A stretch of DNA of 64,000 nucleotides. It comes from Erysipelotrichales bacterium. GTDB lineage: Bacteria; Bacillota_I; Bacilli_A; RFN20; CAG-826. Location of the stretch: NCBI GenBank assembly GCA_022508525.1, contig JAFLVA010000004.1, positions 26,025 to 90,024 on the forward strand, in the 5' to 3' direction. Position 1 is the first letter of the stretch; the number at the start of each line of letters is the position of its first letter. The notes under the pieces were generated by a model. That model saw only the letters and a program-made list of their open reading frames with translations, did no database searches and had not been told where the DNA came from. The position numbers and the translations under genes were made by a program. Shown here in pieces: positions 28,719 to 38,965 of the stretch.

Positions 28719-29354
28719 TTAAATAATTTTTGGTCCTGCTGAAGTTCCAATACGATTTGCTCCAGCCTCAACCATTGCTAAGAGATCTTCATGAGTACGA
28801 ACTCCACCAGAAGCTTTAACTCCCATTTCAGGTCCGACAGTTTCACGCATTAATTTAACATCATGAACTGTAGCTCCACCAGTTGAGAAACCAGTTGATG
28901 TTTTAACAAAATCAGCTCCAGCTTCTTTAGATAAAATACATGCACGGACTTTTTCTTCATCAGTTAATAAGCATGTTTCAATAATAACTTTTAATACTTT
29001 GCCTTCGCAAGAGCGGCGTACTTTTAAAATTTCATCCTTAACATATTGATCATTACCTGCTTTAAGCATTGTAACATTAATTACCATATCAATTTCATCA
29101 GCACCCTCAAATACTGCTTCGCGTGTTTCAAGTGCTTTAGCTTGTGGTAAAGTTGCACCTAATGGGAAACCAATAACAGTACATACTTTTACATCGCTAC
29201 CTTCTAATTCTTTTTTACATAAACTTACAAAAGCAGGATTAACACATACAGACATAAAATCAAATTCTTTAGCTTCTTGGCATAATTTTTTTATTGCATC
29301 TATTGAAGCATCTGGTTTTAAAATTGTGTGATCGATTAATTTGTTATATTTCAT
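28719..29354 (-). CDS. deoC: Deoxyribose-phosphate aldolase
   Basis: DeoC class I aldolase signature, catalytic Lys in DFVKTSTGF, and VKASGGVRT. Confidence 0.9.
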   Translation of the reverse strand: MKYNKLIDHTILKPDASIDAIKKLCQEAKEFDFMSVCVNPAFVSLCKKELEGSDVKVCTVIGFPLGATLPQAKALETREAVFEGADEIDMVINVTMLKAGNDQYVKDEILKVRRSCEGKVLKVIIETCLLTDEEKVRACILSKEAGADFVKTSTGFSTGGATVHDVKLMRETVGPEMGVKASGGVRTHEDLLAMVEAGANRIGTSAGPKII

Positions 29355-29426
29355 ATTTTTCTCCTCTGTGACAATATTATTTTATCATAATTAAATTACC
29401 AAAGCAAAGTATCAATATTTACGCTT

Positions 29427-29466
29427 AAAAAATAAAAATTCCTTTTGTTCTTTTTTCACAAAAGGA
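29427..29466 (-). terminator. Rho-independent terminator
   Basis: 10-bp stem TTCCTTTTGT/ACAAAAGGAA (29439-29448/29457-29466), minus-strand T-run. Confidence 0.55.
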
Positions 29467-29483
29467 ATATTTAATATTAATTT

Positions 29484-30341
29484 TTATGGTTTCAAAGTAA
29501 ATGTTTCCATAACAATGTAGTCACGAACAAATGCTTCTACTTCGTAACTTATTTCAAATTCAAACTCTATTTGCGTTATATCAGTGATTCCTAATTTTAA
29601 AAGATCAAAACAGGACCAACCAAATGTCAAATAAGATAAATTACCCGGAACAATATATTTAAGTCCAGTTGTTTTCATCGTTATTCCATTTACTTTACTA
29701 TCACCGACGTCAAAAAGTAATTCCTTCTCAGATTTGTTTTCTAAAAACATGTTGACTTCAAATCCCCATGAATAATCTTTATAGCCAATTACTGTAACTT
29801 CTGCATATTCATTATCAATAATCACATTATCAGTATCTGAACTCTCCCGTTCATATCTTATGACATTTTCTTCTCCATAAGGATAAATATGTACAGTTTC
29901 TCTGACAACTGTTTCTGCACTATTAGAAACGCCAACATAAAACTCAAGTTCGATGTCAGAAATCTTAGTAACTCCGTATTTTTTTAGTTCTGATCTATAG
30001 AAAGTAATACGAGAGGATCTAGATCTTTCTGCACCAATTTCTTCATAAAAATTTGTGTTGACAGATAGTCCATTTACATATTCATTGTTGGTGTAAACAA
30101 CAAATTTTTTATCCGTAGTTTTATTTTCTATATCAACTTTAATACTCTGGCCATCAATATAGTGTGGGTCAATTTCTGTTATAGTTATTGCACATTCATC
30201 ATTGTCAATTATTGTGGTTTCACTAAAAGTAATAGGATCATCATCAACTTTACCAAACAAATTGTTTAAAATCCCCGATGAACATGAAGAAAGCAAAAGC
30301 ATGCTACTAATAGCCATAAAAATACGTTTAGTTTTACGCAT
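29484..30341 (-). CDS. Hypothetical lipoprotein
   Basis: Signal peptide with lipobox LLSSCSSG; no recognised domain. Confidence 0.5.
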   Translation of the reverse strand: MRKTKRIFMAISSMLLLSSCSSGILNNLFGKVDDDPITFSETTIIDNDECAITITEIDPHYIDGQSIKVDIENKTTDKKFVVYTNNEYVNGLSVNTNFYEEIGAERSRSSRITFYRSELKKYGVTKISDIELEFYVGVSNSAETVVRETVHIYPYGEENVIRYERESSDTDNVIIDNEYAEVTVIGYKDYSWGFEVNMFLENKSEKELLFDVGDSKVNGITMKTTGLKYIVPGNLSYLTFGWSCFDLLKLGITDITQIEFEFEISYEVEAFVRDYIVMETFTLKP

Positions 30342-30381
30342 AAATAATTCCTCCGTTTTAAACGCAGATTAGATGCAATAA

Positions 30382-31452
30382 TTATGCACGATTATCTGAA
30401 TTATTTTGTAATTCTTCTACGATCTTTTCAAATTCTTGAATCTTTGCAGGATTTGCCGTAGTGCCAATTCCTTGTTTTAAGCAACGTAAGACATCATGTG
30501 CTGCTTGTTTTAATCCAAGATTGTAAGCAGTTATGTAATGATTAAAAGCTAGATTTTTATTGATAAACACACCATATTCGCCATTTTCATATATTTTTCC
30601 CATGACGTGTGTTGCACGTGGTTCTTTTAACGATACTGCACGTTTTAAATACTCAAGACCTTCGCGATATTTAAATAATCCTTTTTGTCTTTCAAGACAG
30701 ATAGTACCATAAATAAACATGCCATCAATTGAGCCAGTATCTGCATATCTTTTTAAGTACTCTGCTTCTTTTTCATTATTTTGCTCAACATGGATTCCTT
30801 TGCTATAGAAGAATGCAATGTTTTTTAAGGCATCAGGATAATTAAATTCTGCTGCTTTTTCAAAATATTCATATGATTTTTTCAAATCTTTTTCGACACC
30901 TTTTCCCTCGTAATACAAAGTACCTAAAATAAACACCGAAGTAATGTCGTTATTCTCAGCAGCAAGTTTATAATATTTGACTGCTTCTTTAAGATCAACT
31001 TCAGTTCCTATTCCGCGCATTTTGCAATCAGCGTATATTTTATATGCTAAAGGATGTTTGCTATCTTTGACTTTTAAAACAAGCTTATAACCTTCTTCTT
31101 CATCTTTTTCAACGCCTATTCCGTTTAAATAAGCATTTGCGATCATAACGATACCATTTACATCATTTTTATCTGCGGATTTTTTAAAGAAAGAAAAAGC
31201 TTTTTCTTCGTCTTTATTAACAGTACCTAAGCCAAACAAATAGAAAGTACCTAAAAGATAATTGGTTTCATTTGTTGCATTAGCCTCATTTAATTGACGA
31301 AATGCAGTATCAAAATATTCACTTGATACTTCTAAATCTCTTTTAACATTTACACCTTGGTTATACATTTGTGCCAAACGATAACTAGCACGAAAATCGC
31401 CATCTTTTGATGCTTTTTCTAAGGATTCTATTTCTTTTTCTAAATTTGCCAT
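30382..31452 (-). CDS. Sel1/TPR-like repeat protein
   Basis: Repeated about 36-aa units of the Sel1 form (A..Y..G.GV.kD...A..w..kAA..g...A), at least 6 copies. No signal peptide. Confidence 0.7.
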   Translation of the reverse strand: MANLEKEIESLEKASKDGDFRASYRLAQMYNQGVNVKRDLEVSSEYFDTAFRQLNEANATNETNYLLGTFYLFGLGTVNKDEEKAFSFFKKSADKNDVNGIVMIANAYLNGIGVEKDEEEGYKLVLKVKDSKHPLAYKIYADCKMRGIGTEVDLKEAVKYYKLAAENNDITSVFILGTLYYEGKGVEKDLKKSYEYFEKAAEFNYPDALKNIAFFYSKGIHVEQNNEKEAEYLKRYADTGSIDGMFIYGTICLERQKGLFKYREGLEYLKRAVSLKEPRATHVMGKIYENGEYGVFINKNLAFNHYITAYNLGLKQAAHDVLRCLKQGIGTTANPAKIQEFEKIVEELQNNSDNRA

Positions 31453-31488
31453 ATTAATATCTCCTTGTTTTTTTAATTATATAATATC

Positions 31489-31507
31489 TACTAGACATAG
31501 TCTAGTA
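31489..31507. promoter_or_regulatory. Inverted repeat TACTAGAC-ATA-GTCTAGTA upstream of the Sel1-repeat gene
   Basis: 8-bp perfect arms; sits just upstream of a TATAAT read on the minus strand (plus 31477-31482), in the -35 position. Confidence 0.3.
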
Positions 31508-31512
31508 AAGCC

Positions 31513-31540
31513 ACAAAAAATAAAAGCACCTTGCGGTGCT
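31513..31540 (-). terminator. Rho-independent terminator of rpmF
   Basis: Stem AGCACC/GGTGCT (31525-31530/31535-31540), loop TTGC, long minus-strand T-run (plus-strand A-run 31514-31524). Confidence 0.55.
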
Positions 31541-31548
31541 AATAATAA

Positions 31549-31740
31549 TTATTTTTCTTTCTTTTCTTCTACTGCGACAACAGATTTACCATCGTAGTAA
31601 CCACATTTTGGACATACATGGTGTGATTTAATCATCGCACCACATTTTGGGCAAGTTGCAATACCCTCAACAGATAATTTAAAATGTGTTCTACGCATTC
31701 TCTTAGTAGTTTTAGATGTTCTTCTAAATGGTACAGCCAT
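31549..31740 (-). CDS. rpmF: 50S ribosomal protein L32 (zinc-ribbon form)
   Basis: [22 protein letters not shown] signature plus CPKCG...CPKCG; AGGAGGTG RBS. Confidence 0.85.
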   Translation of the reverse strand: MAVPFRRTSKTTKRMRRTHFKLSVEGIATCPKCGAMIKSHHVCPKCGYYDGKSVVAVEEKKEK

Positions 31741-31775
31741 ATCGACACCTCCTAGGTTTTTTACTTACATGTAAA

Positions 31776-31803
31776 ATTATAATGGATTAAAAAATAATAT
31801 CAA
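31776..31803 (-). promoter_or_regulatory. Putative sigma-A promoter of rpmF
   Basis: Minus strand TTGATA (plus 31798-31803), 16-nt spacer, TATAAT (plus 31776-31781), about 35 nt upstream of the rpmF start. Confidence 0.45.
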
Positions 31804-31857
31804 GATTTTTTTGACATAATCTCAAAAAGTTTAAAAAAACTTCGATTTAATCAGTAT

Positions 31858-33135
31858 TTATATTTTTACACTGTCTAATTTTTTATAAATTACATCAAGC
31901 ATTTCATTACGTAAATTGCAATCACTTTCGTAATATACTAACAAATAATTTGAAGAATGACCTTTATACATTTTGCTATCTTCGTCATAACTTTCAAAAA
32001 TCACACTTACTGTTTTATCGATAAATTGTGACTGATAGCTATTTTCTAATTTATTAGATAATGAAAGTAATTCTCTTACTCTCGCTTTTTTTATATCTCC
32101 AGGAATTTGATTAGACATTTTACTTGCTGGAGTTCCAACTCTTGACGAAAATGGAAATACATGAATTTTGGCAAATTGACACATCTTCGCAAATTCTAAA
32201 GTTTCAGTGAATTCTTCTTCTGTTTCACCAGGAAAACCTACAATTATATCTGTCGTAATTGCAATATCAGGCATGACTGAACGAATGTAATCAATTTTTT
32301 CTTTAAATTGTTTCTTATTATATCGACGGTTCATGCGTTTTAAAATATTTTCAGAACCAGATTGAAGAGGAATGTGTAGATGACGTGCCAAAACTTTATT
32401 TTCCGCCATTAGATTGATAAATTCTTCTGTTATTTCTGATTCTTCAATCGATGATACTCTTAATCTTTTTAAACGATCATCTTTGATGATATCTTTCACT
32501 AAATCAGTAAAAGAATAATTGGAAAATTCTTTTCCATATCCCGCAGTATGAATACCTGTCAATACAATTTCTTTAAAACCATGGTCAAGAAGATTCTTTA
32601 CTTCTTTTAAAACTTCATCTTTTGGACGCGAACGCATCTTTCCTCTTGCATATGGAATAATGCAGTAAGAACAAAAGTTATCACAGCCATCTTGAATCTT
32701 TAAATATGCTCTTGTGTTTTCATAATAAGAAGATACCTCTAATTCTTCATATTCAAAGTTACGTTCTTTGGCCTCAACAATATTAATTTGTTTTTTATTT
32801 AAAAGATATTCTTTAATAAGTTTTGGTATTAAATGTCGATTATTGGTACCAACAATAATGTTGACACCATCGATTTTTTTTATTGTATCAGCGTCCATTT
32901 GGGAATAGCAGCCCATTACAACCATGATTGCTGAAGGATATTTTCTTATTAAAGATCTTATCTTCTGACGACATTTTTGATCACTTACAGAGGTAACTGA
33001 GCAAGTATTTATAATTATAATATCCGGTGTAGCGTTTGTTATGTTTTCGTATCCTTCTAAATCAAGCAATTTTTTTAATGCCTCAGATTCATAAGTATTA
33101 ACTTTACACCCTAATGTTTCTACATAATATTTCAT
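31858..33135 (-). CDS. mtaB: tRNA N6-threonylcarbamoyladenosine methylthiotransferase MtaB (YqeV), radical SAM
   Basis: MTTase N-terminal Cys (CKVNTYE, INTCSV, MGCY), radical-SAM CDNFCSYC, TRAM C-terminal domain. Confidence 0.8.
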   Translation of the reverse strand: MKYYVETLGCKVNTYESEALKKLLDLEGYENITNATPDIIIINTCSVTSVSDQKCRQKIRSLIRKYPSAIMVVMGCYSQMDADTIKKIDGVNIIVGTNNRHLIPKLIKEYLLNKKQINIVEAKERNFEYEELEVSSYYENTRAYLKIQDGCDNFCSYCIIPYARGKMRSRPKDEVLKEVKNLLDHGFKEIVLTGIHTAGYGKEFSNYSFTDLVKDIIKDDRLKRLRVSSIEESEITEEFINLMAENKVLARHLHIPLQSGSENILKRMNRRYNKKQFKEKIDYIRSVMPDIAITTDIIVGFPGETEEEFTETLEFAKMCQFAKIHVFPFSSRVGTPASKMSNQIPGDIKKARVRELLSLSNKLENSYQSQFIDKTVSVIFESYDEDSKMYKGHSSNYLLVYYESDCNLRNEMLDVIYKKLDSVKI

Positions 33136-33905
33136 TTGTCTATTCCAACTTTCAATTTATGATACATTCGAAAAGATATAAGTCTTTGTCTGTATAGTTC
33201 ATTAACAAATTCACTCTTTTCAAAATCAAAATATTTTTCCATTGCTTTATTTACGCGAACCATAATTTCTTTTAAATTATATTTTCGCATATAACGGTCA
33301 AAAAGGTGAATAATTACATCTAGTCTTCCTTGTGAATTAATTACGTATATACAATAATCATCAACGCAGAAAAATGCATTAGATGTTTTATCTCCAACGC
33401 TTCTAATCATTTTAGAGAAAAAAGAATCGTATAATTTATAATTATATACTTCAAAAATATCAATGATATTATGCGAAAAATCTCCTAAGAGTTCCTCATA
33501 AGGATAAGTCAGTAGTTTTTCTGGTTCATCAACATAAATAATATTTAGTGATTCAGAGAAAAAAGGAATATAAATACGATGGTTATGATCGTCATTTAAA
33601 TAAGGCAAATCAACAATTGCAGCATTAACTCTTTCTTTTATTTCGTTAGAGGATACTTGCTTGCCAAGATTAAGACACTCATCTTTATAATCTAAAATCA
33701 CTTTATCAATAATTTCTTTATTCAAAAGTGCTCGACATATAATGTTAGCCTGAACAATTCCAAATTCGTGATCTTTAGAAAGTAACTGATCAAAATACGG
33801 ATACTTAGTTAGTAAATATTCATTTTCCATATGAAAAATATGTTCCAAACTTCTACGTCTAGAACGTCTTTTGCGATATTTTTTTAAAGTTTCAAATACA
33901 TGCAT
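33132..33905 (-). CDS. Hypothetical protein, unknown function
   Basis: 257-aa ORF, 4-nt overlap with mtaB start and 5 nt after rsmE stop; no recognised motif; start uncertain (alternative M at 33830). Confidence 0.45.
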   Translation of the reverse strand: MHVFETLKKYRKRRSRRRSLEHIFHMENEYLLTKYPYFDQLLSKDHEFGIVQANIICRALLNKEIIDKVILDYKDECLNLGKQVSSNEIKERVNAAIVDLPYLNDDHNHRIYIPFFSESLNIIYVDEPEKLLTYPYEELLGDFSHNIIDIFEVYNYKLYDSFFSKMIRSVGDKTSNAFFCVDDYCIYVINSQGRLDVIIHLFDRYMRKYNLKEIMVRVNKAMEKYFDFEKSEFVNELYRQRLISFRMYHKLKVGIDK

Positions 33906-33910
33906 AATAA

Positions 33911-34627
33911 TTACCTACTTAACATGAACGACAAGACACTTAAAAAGTAAATTGCCGCTGTTTCACTTCTTAAAATCAATTTACCTAATGAAACACTTTT
34001 AAAACCAATCTCATTTGCAAGTTTCACTTCTGATAATGAAAATCCGCCTTCTGCACCAACCAGAATAGAAATTGACTCATTCTTTTTGATCTTATTTAAA
34101 TCATCAAAAAGTGTACCATCGTTTAAAGCTTCTCCTTCATAAGCTATAAAATTATGAATGGAAAGATATTTACAAATATCTTTAAAATCAATTATATCAA
34201 TAAATTCAGGTAAATTCACTCGTTTTGATTGTTCAGCTGCTTCTTTAATAATTTTATTGAAGCGCTCAATTTTTCTCTTTTTATCTTTCTCATCAATTTT
34301 AACAATCGTGCGACTTGAAATAACTCCAACAATATTTTTCACTCCAAGTTCAGTTGCTTTTTGAATAACTAGATCCAATTTATCTCCTTTAGGAAGACAA
34401 TATAAAAGAGTTATATCATTTTCTAATTCACGTTTTTCCTCTAACTCTTCTATAATTTCAACTTTAAGAGGATTGACATTCTCAATTTTTGTCAAATAGA
34501 CTTTACTAGATAAAACAATTTCAATTAAATCTCCACTCTTAAAACGCATAACTTTTTGGATGTGAAAAATATCTCCTTCGGTAAAGGAAATGTTATCTAT
34601 ATCTCCAGTCACAAAATATCTTTGCAT
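33911..34627 (-). CDS. rsmE: 16S rRNA (uracil1498-N3)-methyltransferase RsmE (YqeU)
   Basis: MQRYFVTGD N-terminus identical in form to B. subtilis YqeU; PUA-like plus SPOUT domain (ILVGAEGGFS). Confidence 0.8.
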   Translation of the reverse strand: MQRYFVTGDIDNISFTEGDIFHIQKVMRFKSGDLIEIVLSSKVYLTKIENVNPLKVEIIEELEEKRELENDITLLYCLPKGDKLDLVIQKATELGVKNIVGVISSRTIVKIDEKDKKRKIERFNKIIKEAAEQSKRVNLPEFIDIIDFKDICKYLSIHNFIAYEGEALNDGTLFDDLNKIKKNESISILVGAEGGFSLSEVKLANEIGFKSVSLGKLILRSETAAIYFLSVLSFMLSR

Positions 34628-35052
34628 TACTCTAACAAATCTCCATTAGCATCGACAGAATTTGTCCATAGTATTATTAAACCATGAATTAAATTTGTAA
34701 GGAAAATTGCCGCTAATACGATGAGCAATAATTGCCACCAAGCAAATCCGATAAATCCACAAACAAAGAAAGAAGCTACTATTAAACAAACGTTTAAAGC
34801 GACTAAAAACCAGCCAACTCTTTTATACCCTAAATAGCGGCAACCAAGACCAAATATATCTAAAAATATTGTTAATAACACGGCCTTTTTCTTTTTCTTA
34901 TAATCAAATTCCACCAAATCCTGAAGATCGGTAGAATTAATAAGTAAATCAGAAGTCTTATGATTATTATCCGAAGGATTAGGGCATCCACATACTGGGC
35001 AAACCGATGCCCTTTGATCAATTTTTGAATCACAAATACGACATTTTGCCAT
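34627..35052 (-). CDS. Zinc-ribbon plus TM2-like membrane protein
   Basis: N-terminal CRIC...CPVCGC zinc ribbon, then two TM helices with the GLGCRYLGY..GW pattern of TM2-domain proteins. Confidence 0.5.
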   Translation of the reverse strand: MAKCRICDSKIDQRASVCPVCGCPNPSDNNHKTSDLLINSTDLQDLVEFDYKKKKKAVLLTIFLDIFGLGCRYLGYKRVGWFLVALNVCLIVASFFVCGFIGFAWWQLLLIVLAAIFLTNLIHGLIILWTNSVDANGDLLE

Positions 35053-35057
35053 AATTC

Positions 35058-37277
35058 TTACTCTCCTTTATTTAATTTTTTTCGCTTACTTTTATATAAA
35101 GTAATTGCCATTGTGCAAGCAACAATAAATAAGATTGTTATGATTGATATTGTCGAATAAATAACAACACTCTTTTGCTCAAATATCGCAAGCAAATTAC
35201 TACCACTGGTGTGATCTTTTTTGATTGTTAAACTATCAGAAATATATCTAAGTGTTTGACCAACACTTATAACTGTTCCATCACTACCTGTAACATCATA
35301 AGTTTCATCAATGATTGCTCTTACTTCAACATCAAATGAATCATAAATATTAAGAACTCTTGATATCTTATTATCATCTTGAAGAGCTTCACATATCGAC
35401 CATTCATCAACTTCTAAGCGTTTAACTGCTGTAGCACTATTAGTGCGGATTCTAATTACACCATACCATTCATTTTCTAAGAAATCGACTACAGTCTCCA
35501 TATGAGCAATATACTCACTATTTATAATTGCTTCCTTATTATCTACGTTTTCGTAACGTAGTTTTAACTCTCCTATCAAAGTTTTAAGTTCACTTAGATC
35601 TGTAGGGTCTTCACGTTTTATTGAAAAGACATCCAAAGAATCATAAATATCTTCAACAAGTCTTTCAGCATCTTCACCAACATTTATGATTTTGTAATCA
35701 ATTACATATTCTCCATTACTATTTATAGCTTGGTAGTATATTTTACTTCCATTACCATTATAAACACAGAACAAATATCCTTCATCGATGAAAAAGTAAT
35801 CATTTTCATCTTCCACCAAAATTCCATATGAATCAATCCAACTATTATCTTTATACAAAATTGATAGTTCATTTTCACTTTCTATTTCAAAACTCAAGGT
35901 GTTTTTATTTGCATTATCAATAAATAATGGATTATCTTCTAGTTCATTTCTATTTTCTACTGTTAAAGTAATCTCACCATAAACAGATGAATCTTCAATT
36001 GATTCAACTCTAATTGTTGAAGTACCAGGTCCAACAACTTCTAACTTACCATTAACAATCTTTATGACTTTAGGATTTGAAGTATAAGTATAATGTGTTT
36101 TAGGCATTAAAGAGTTACTTGGATATTGTTCAATATTTAAATCAAATTTCCATCCAATATCAGACAAATCTAATACTTGTTCAATTAAGTTACCATCTGA
36201 ATCTAATATTGAGTCAGGATATGTAGGTCTAGATAGTTTTAATGATGTTGCATCTTTAATATCTAATAATTCATTAGCGTTAACAAGGCCATTACCAGTC
36301 CAACCATATTTACTAGTTTCAGTAATTTTAGTCGAGGTATCTTTTAAAGCTTGTATAAAACTATCTCTAGTTACATCAGGATTTTTTTGCTTGTATAAAG
36401 CTGCAAGTCCTGCGACTAAAGGTGAAGAAAATGAAGTTCCTTGCCATTCTCTATATTCATTATAATCACCCATATATGCACCATAAGTATATCCCGGTGC
36501 CGCAAAATCTATGTGACCGTAATTGGTATATGAAGCAGGCTCATAATAATTTCCTTTACTTGCAGAAGCAATAGATATAACATTACTCGCACTTGCAGGA
36601 TAGTATGTTGTTGATACATTATCATTTCCCGCAGCTGCTATAATAATAGGCTCAATGCCATAAGTATTATCATAACTTCTTATGACACTAGAATAAAAAT
36701 CACTAGAATCATAACCGGCAATTGAAATATTAATAACATCTGCACCTATTTGATAAGCATAACTAATAGCGTTTCTTATTGTATAAAACTCATATAAACC
36801 ATCACTATTAGTTGCCATTTTAATAACAATTAATTCAACATTAGGAGCAACTCCAACTATACCTTTTCCATTTGCTTGAGCAGCAATAAGACTTGCCACA
36901 TGTGTGCCGTGTCCAGTAGTATCATTTAATGCATTCAACCATTTAGTGCGGTCATTAGAATAATATTTATCTAAAGCATAGTAATATGTGTTATCAACAT
37001 GAACTGACTTATCAGAAATTATTAGTTTATCATCTTTAAAAAATTCTTCATGTTCAATATTGATACCACTATCAATAACTGCAACTTTAATACCACTTCC
37101 ATCATAATTTTCTAACAACTTCTTAGAAGCGTTCATTTGTGATAAATGGTATGATGCCTTATATTCTTTATCAGTCACTCCAAAAGATTCAGCTCTCGCA
37201 TTATAAGTTTTTGTAATGGAAATATTAGAAGCAAACAATCCAAATAAAGTTAATAATAGTAATAATGGTTTTTTCAT
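35058..37277 (-). CDS. Subtilisin-like S8 serine protease, secreted with C-terminal TM anchor
   Basis: Signal peptide; catalytic triad motifs VAVIDSGI (Asp), HGTHVASLIA (His), GTSFSSPLVAGLAALY (Ser); long beta-rich C-terminal extension; terminal hydrophobic helix plus KSKRKK. Confidence 0.85.
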   Translation of the reverse strand: MKKPLLLLLTLFGLFASNISITKTYNARAESFGVTDKEYKASYHLSQMNASKKLLENYDGSGIKVAVIDSGINIEHEEFFKDDKLIISDKSVHVDNTYYYALDKYYSNDRTKWLNALNDTTGHGTHVASLIAAQANGKGIVGVAPNVELIVIKMATNSDGLYEFYTIRNAISYAYQIGADVINISIAGYDSSDFYSSVIRSYDNTYGIEPIIIAAAGNDNVSTTYYPASASNVISIASASKGNYYEPASYTNYGHIDFAAPGYTYGAYMGDYNEYREWQGTSFSSPLVAGLAALYKQKNPDVTRDSFIQALKDTSTKITETSKYGWTGNGLVNANELLDIKDATSLKLSRPTYPDSILDSDGNLIEQVLDLSDIGWKFDLNIEQYPSNSLMPKTHYTYTSNPKVIKIVNGKLEVVGPGTSTIRVESIEDSSVYGEITLTVENRNELEDNPLFIDNANKNTLSFEIESENELSILYKDNSWIDSYGILVEDENDYFFIDEGYLFCVYNGNGSKIYYQAINSNGEYVIDYKIINVGEDAERLVEDIYDSLDVFSIKREDPTDLSELKTLIGELKLRYENVDNKEAIINSEYIAHMETVVDFLENEWYGVIRIRTNSATAVKRLEVDEWSICEALQDDNKISRVLNIYDSFDVEVRAIIDETYDVTGSDGTVISVGQTLRYISDSLTIKKDHTSGSNLLAIFEQKSVVIYSTISIITILFIVACTMAITLYKSKRKKLNKGE

Positions 37278-37404
37278 AGCTATTGCTCCCTTGTATTATT
37301 TTTATAATAAATTATAAAAATTAATTTGTAAAGATTAATAACTATCGATAGATAATTTATACACCAGGAAAACAATCTAAACTTACTTTAAAGCATCATA
37401 TTGA

Positions 37405-37845
37405 TTACCTTACATATCCTACAACCATTTGATCTAGAGAATTATAATTAAAAAAAACTACATATGGATTTCCTTTACTAGTTTTAAATATCATACTCAT
37501 GATTCCAGATGTAGCACCACTATCACAAGGGATTCCTACAATTTCAACAACGTCAAAAACACTCATACCTTCATCTATTTTTTCAAAGTCTTTATCTTCC
37601 ACATGAGGAATATCATATATTTTAATTTCTTCAATAAGTCCATCTAACTTATTAGCAAAAGCAACAATATTTTTGCTTTTGTGCTCAAAAAACATATAAC
37701 CACAATATGAAAAGAAAGATTCCTTATTATGAAAATCTCTATATAATTCACCTATATTATCGCCAACTTGATAATTTAAGATATTGCATGAAGATAAACT
37801 AAATATTGAAAATATCAAGGACAAATATACACTTATTTTTTTCAT
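37405..37845 (-). CDS. Hypothetical small lipoprotein
   Basis: Signal peptide with lipobox LSSCN; 146 aa; no known domain. Confidence 0.45.
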   Translation of the reverse strand: MKKISVYLSLIFSIFSLSSCNILNYQVGDNIGELYRDFHNKESFFSYCGYMFFEHKSKNIVAFANKLDGLIEEIKIYDIPHVEDKDFEKIDEGMSVFDVVEIVGIPCDSGATSGIMSMIFKTSKGNPYVVFFNYNSLDQMVVGYVR

Positions 37846-37863
37846 TTCAATTCTCCTTCATAT

Positions 37864-38463
37864 TTATAATGAGTATGATGCAGACATGATAACAGTAACA
37901 AATATCAAAAATACGTTAATGACCAATAAAATTATTGAAGAAAAATCCAGTAATACATTTGACTTTTTCTTATTTGTTTTAATTAACATCAAAATAAATA
38001 ATACAAAATCTAATACGCAAAATACTAAAGTAATTATTCCCATTGGATTTTTATTTCTTAAAGTTGCAGACATCACACTATTTTGTACATTTTCTTTTGG
38101 TGGTTGATCCATACCATCTGGAATCGGATAAATATATCTAAATCTTGTAAATATTGGTATTGCGCAAATTATTATATAAAGAGAATTAATTAAAACACCT
38201 AGTGAAGAAACAATATAAAAAACTATCTTTCTTGTCTTTACTTCTGCTAAAGTCAATTCCAAATGTTCTTCCTCATCAATAAGATAACTTAATTTAACAT
38301 CAAAAAACTCTGCAATTTTTTTAGCATTTTCTTTAGTTGGTATAGAAACACCGCTTTCATATTTTGCAATAACTGAACGAGATATAAAAATATTCTTTGC
38401 TAATTCTTCTTGTGTAATTCCCTTTTGCTTTCTTAGTTCTTTAAGTTTCTCAGAAAAATCCAT
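37864..38463 (-). CDS. XRE-family HTH transcriptional regulator with C-terminal multi-TM domain
   Basis: HTH LRKQKGITQEELAKNIFISRSVIAKYESG; about 4 predicted TM helices C-terminally. Start MDFSEKL at 38463 after GGGAGAA RBS. Confidence 0.7.
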   Translation of the reverse strand: MDFSEKLKELRKQKGITQEELAKNIFISRSVIAKYESGVSIPTKENAKKIAEFFDVKLSYLIDEEEHLELTLAEVKTRKIVFYIVSSLGVLINSLYIIICAIPIFTRFRYIYPIPDGMDQPPKENVQNSVMSATLRNKNPMGIITLVFCVLDFVLFILMLIKTNKKKSNVLLDFSSIILLVINVFLIFVTVIMSASYSL

Positions 38464-38560
38464 AATGCGACTATTCTCCCATATTTTAATTATATCTAAG
38501 AATATAAAATTTTTAATGTTCTTTTTGAAGAACATTGTATTATCAAGTTTTTATTATTGA

Positions 38561-38965
38561 TTATTTTAAATTAAGTCTAAAATACAGATAGGCATACATC
38601 TCAATATTATCTTCACGTGGTAATATTTCTACTATTCCTTTGTTAGGGAACGGATAATCAACAACCCAAATTGCAACAGCATTTCTCTCTTCTTCATTAA
38701 ATGTTGCAAGTATATTTTTCATTTCAAAAAGCGAGCAAGAAAAAAACATATTGTCTAATCCTTTTATTTCACTATAGTCTTTTGCTCTATTTGTACCATA
38801 TAATGCGACACATCTCCAAGAAATATTATTTACTCTCCAACAATACACTTCAGTTCCTTTCATTCCTTTTGCATTATAGTTTCTTACATATTTAAATGAG
38901 TGACAACCTGTAATCAACAATGTTAACACAATCAAAGTAACACATAAAATTCTTTTAGATTTCAT
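38561..38965 (-). CDS. Hypothetical small lipoprotein
   Basis: Start MKSKRIL at 38965 after GGAGG RBS; lipobox LITGCHS. Confidence 0.45.
   Translation of the reverse strand: MKSKRILCVTLIVLTLLITGCHSFKYVRNYNAKGMKGTEVYCWRVNNISWRCVALYGTNRAKDYSEIKGLDNMFFSCSLFEMKNILATFNEEERNAVAIWVVDYPFPNKGIVEILPREDNIEMYAYLYFRLNLK

Noticed and set aside
28719-29354. Elevated GC (about 42%) of deoC as a sign of horizontal transfer.
   Set aside because: Other conserved, highly expressed genes in the window (dnaK, parE) show similarly raised GC; composition alone is not diagnostic.
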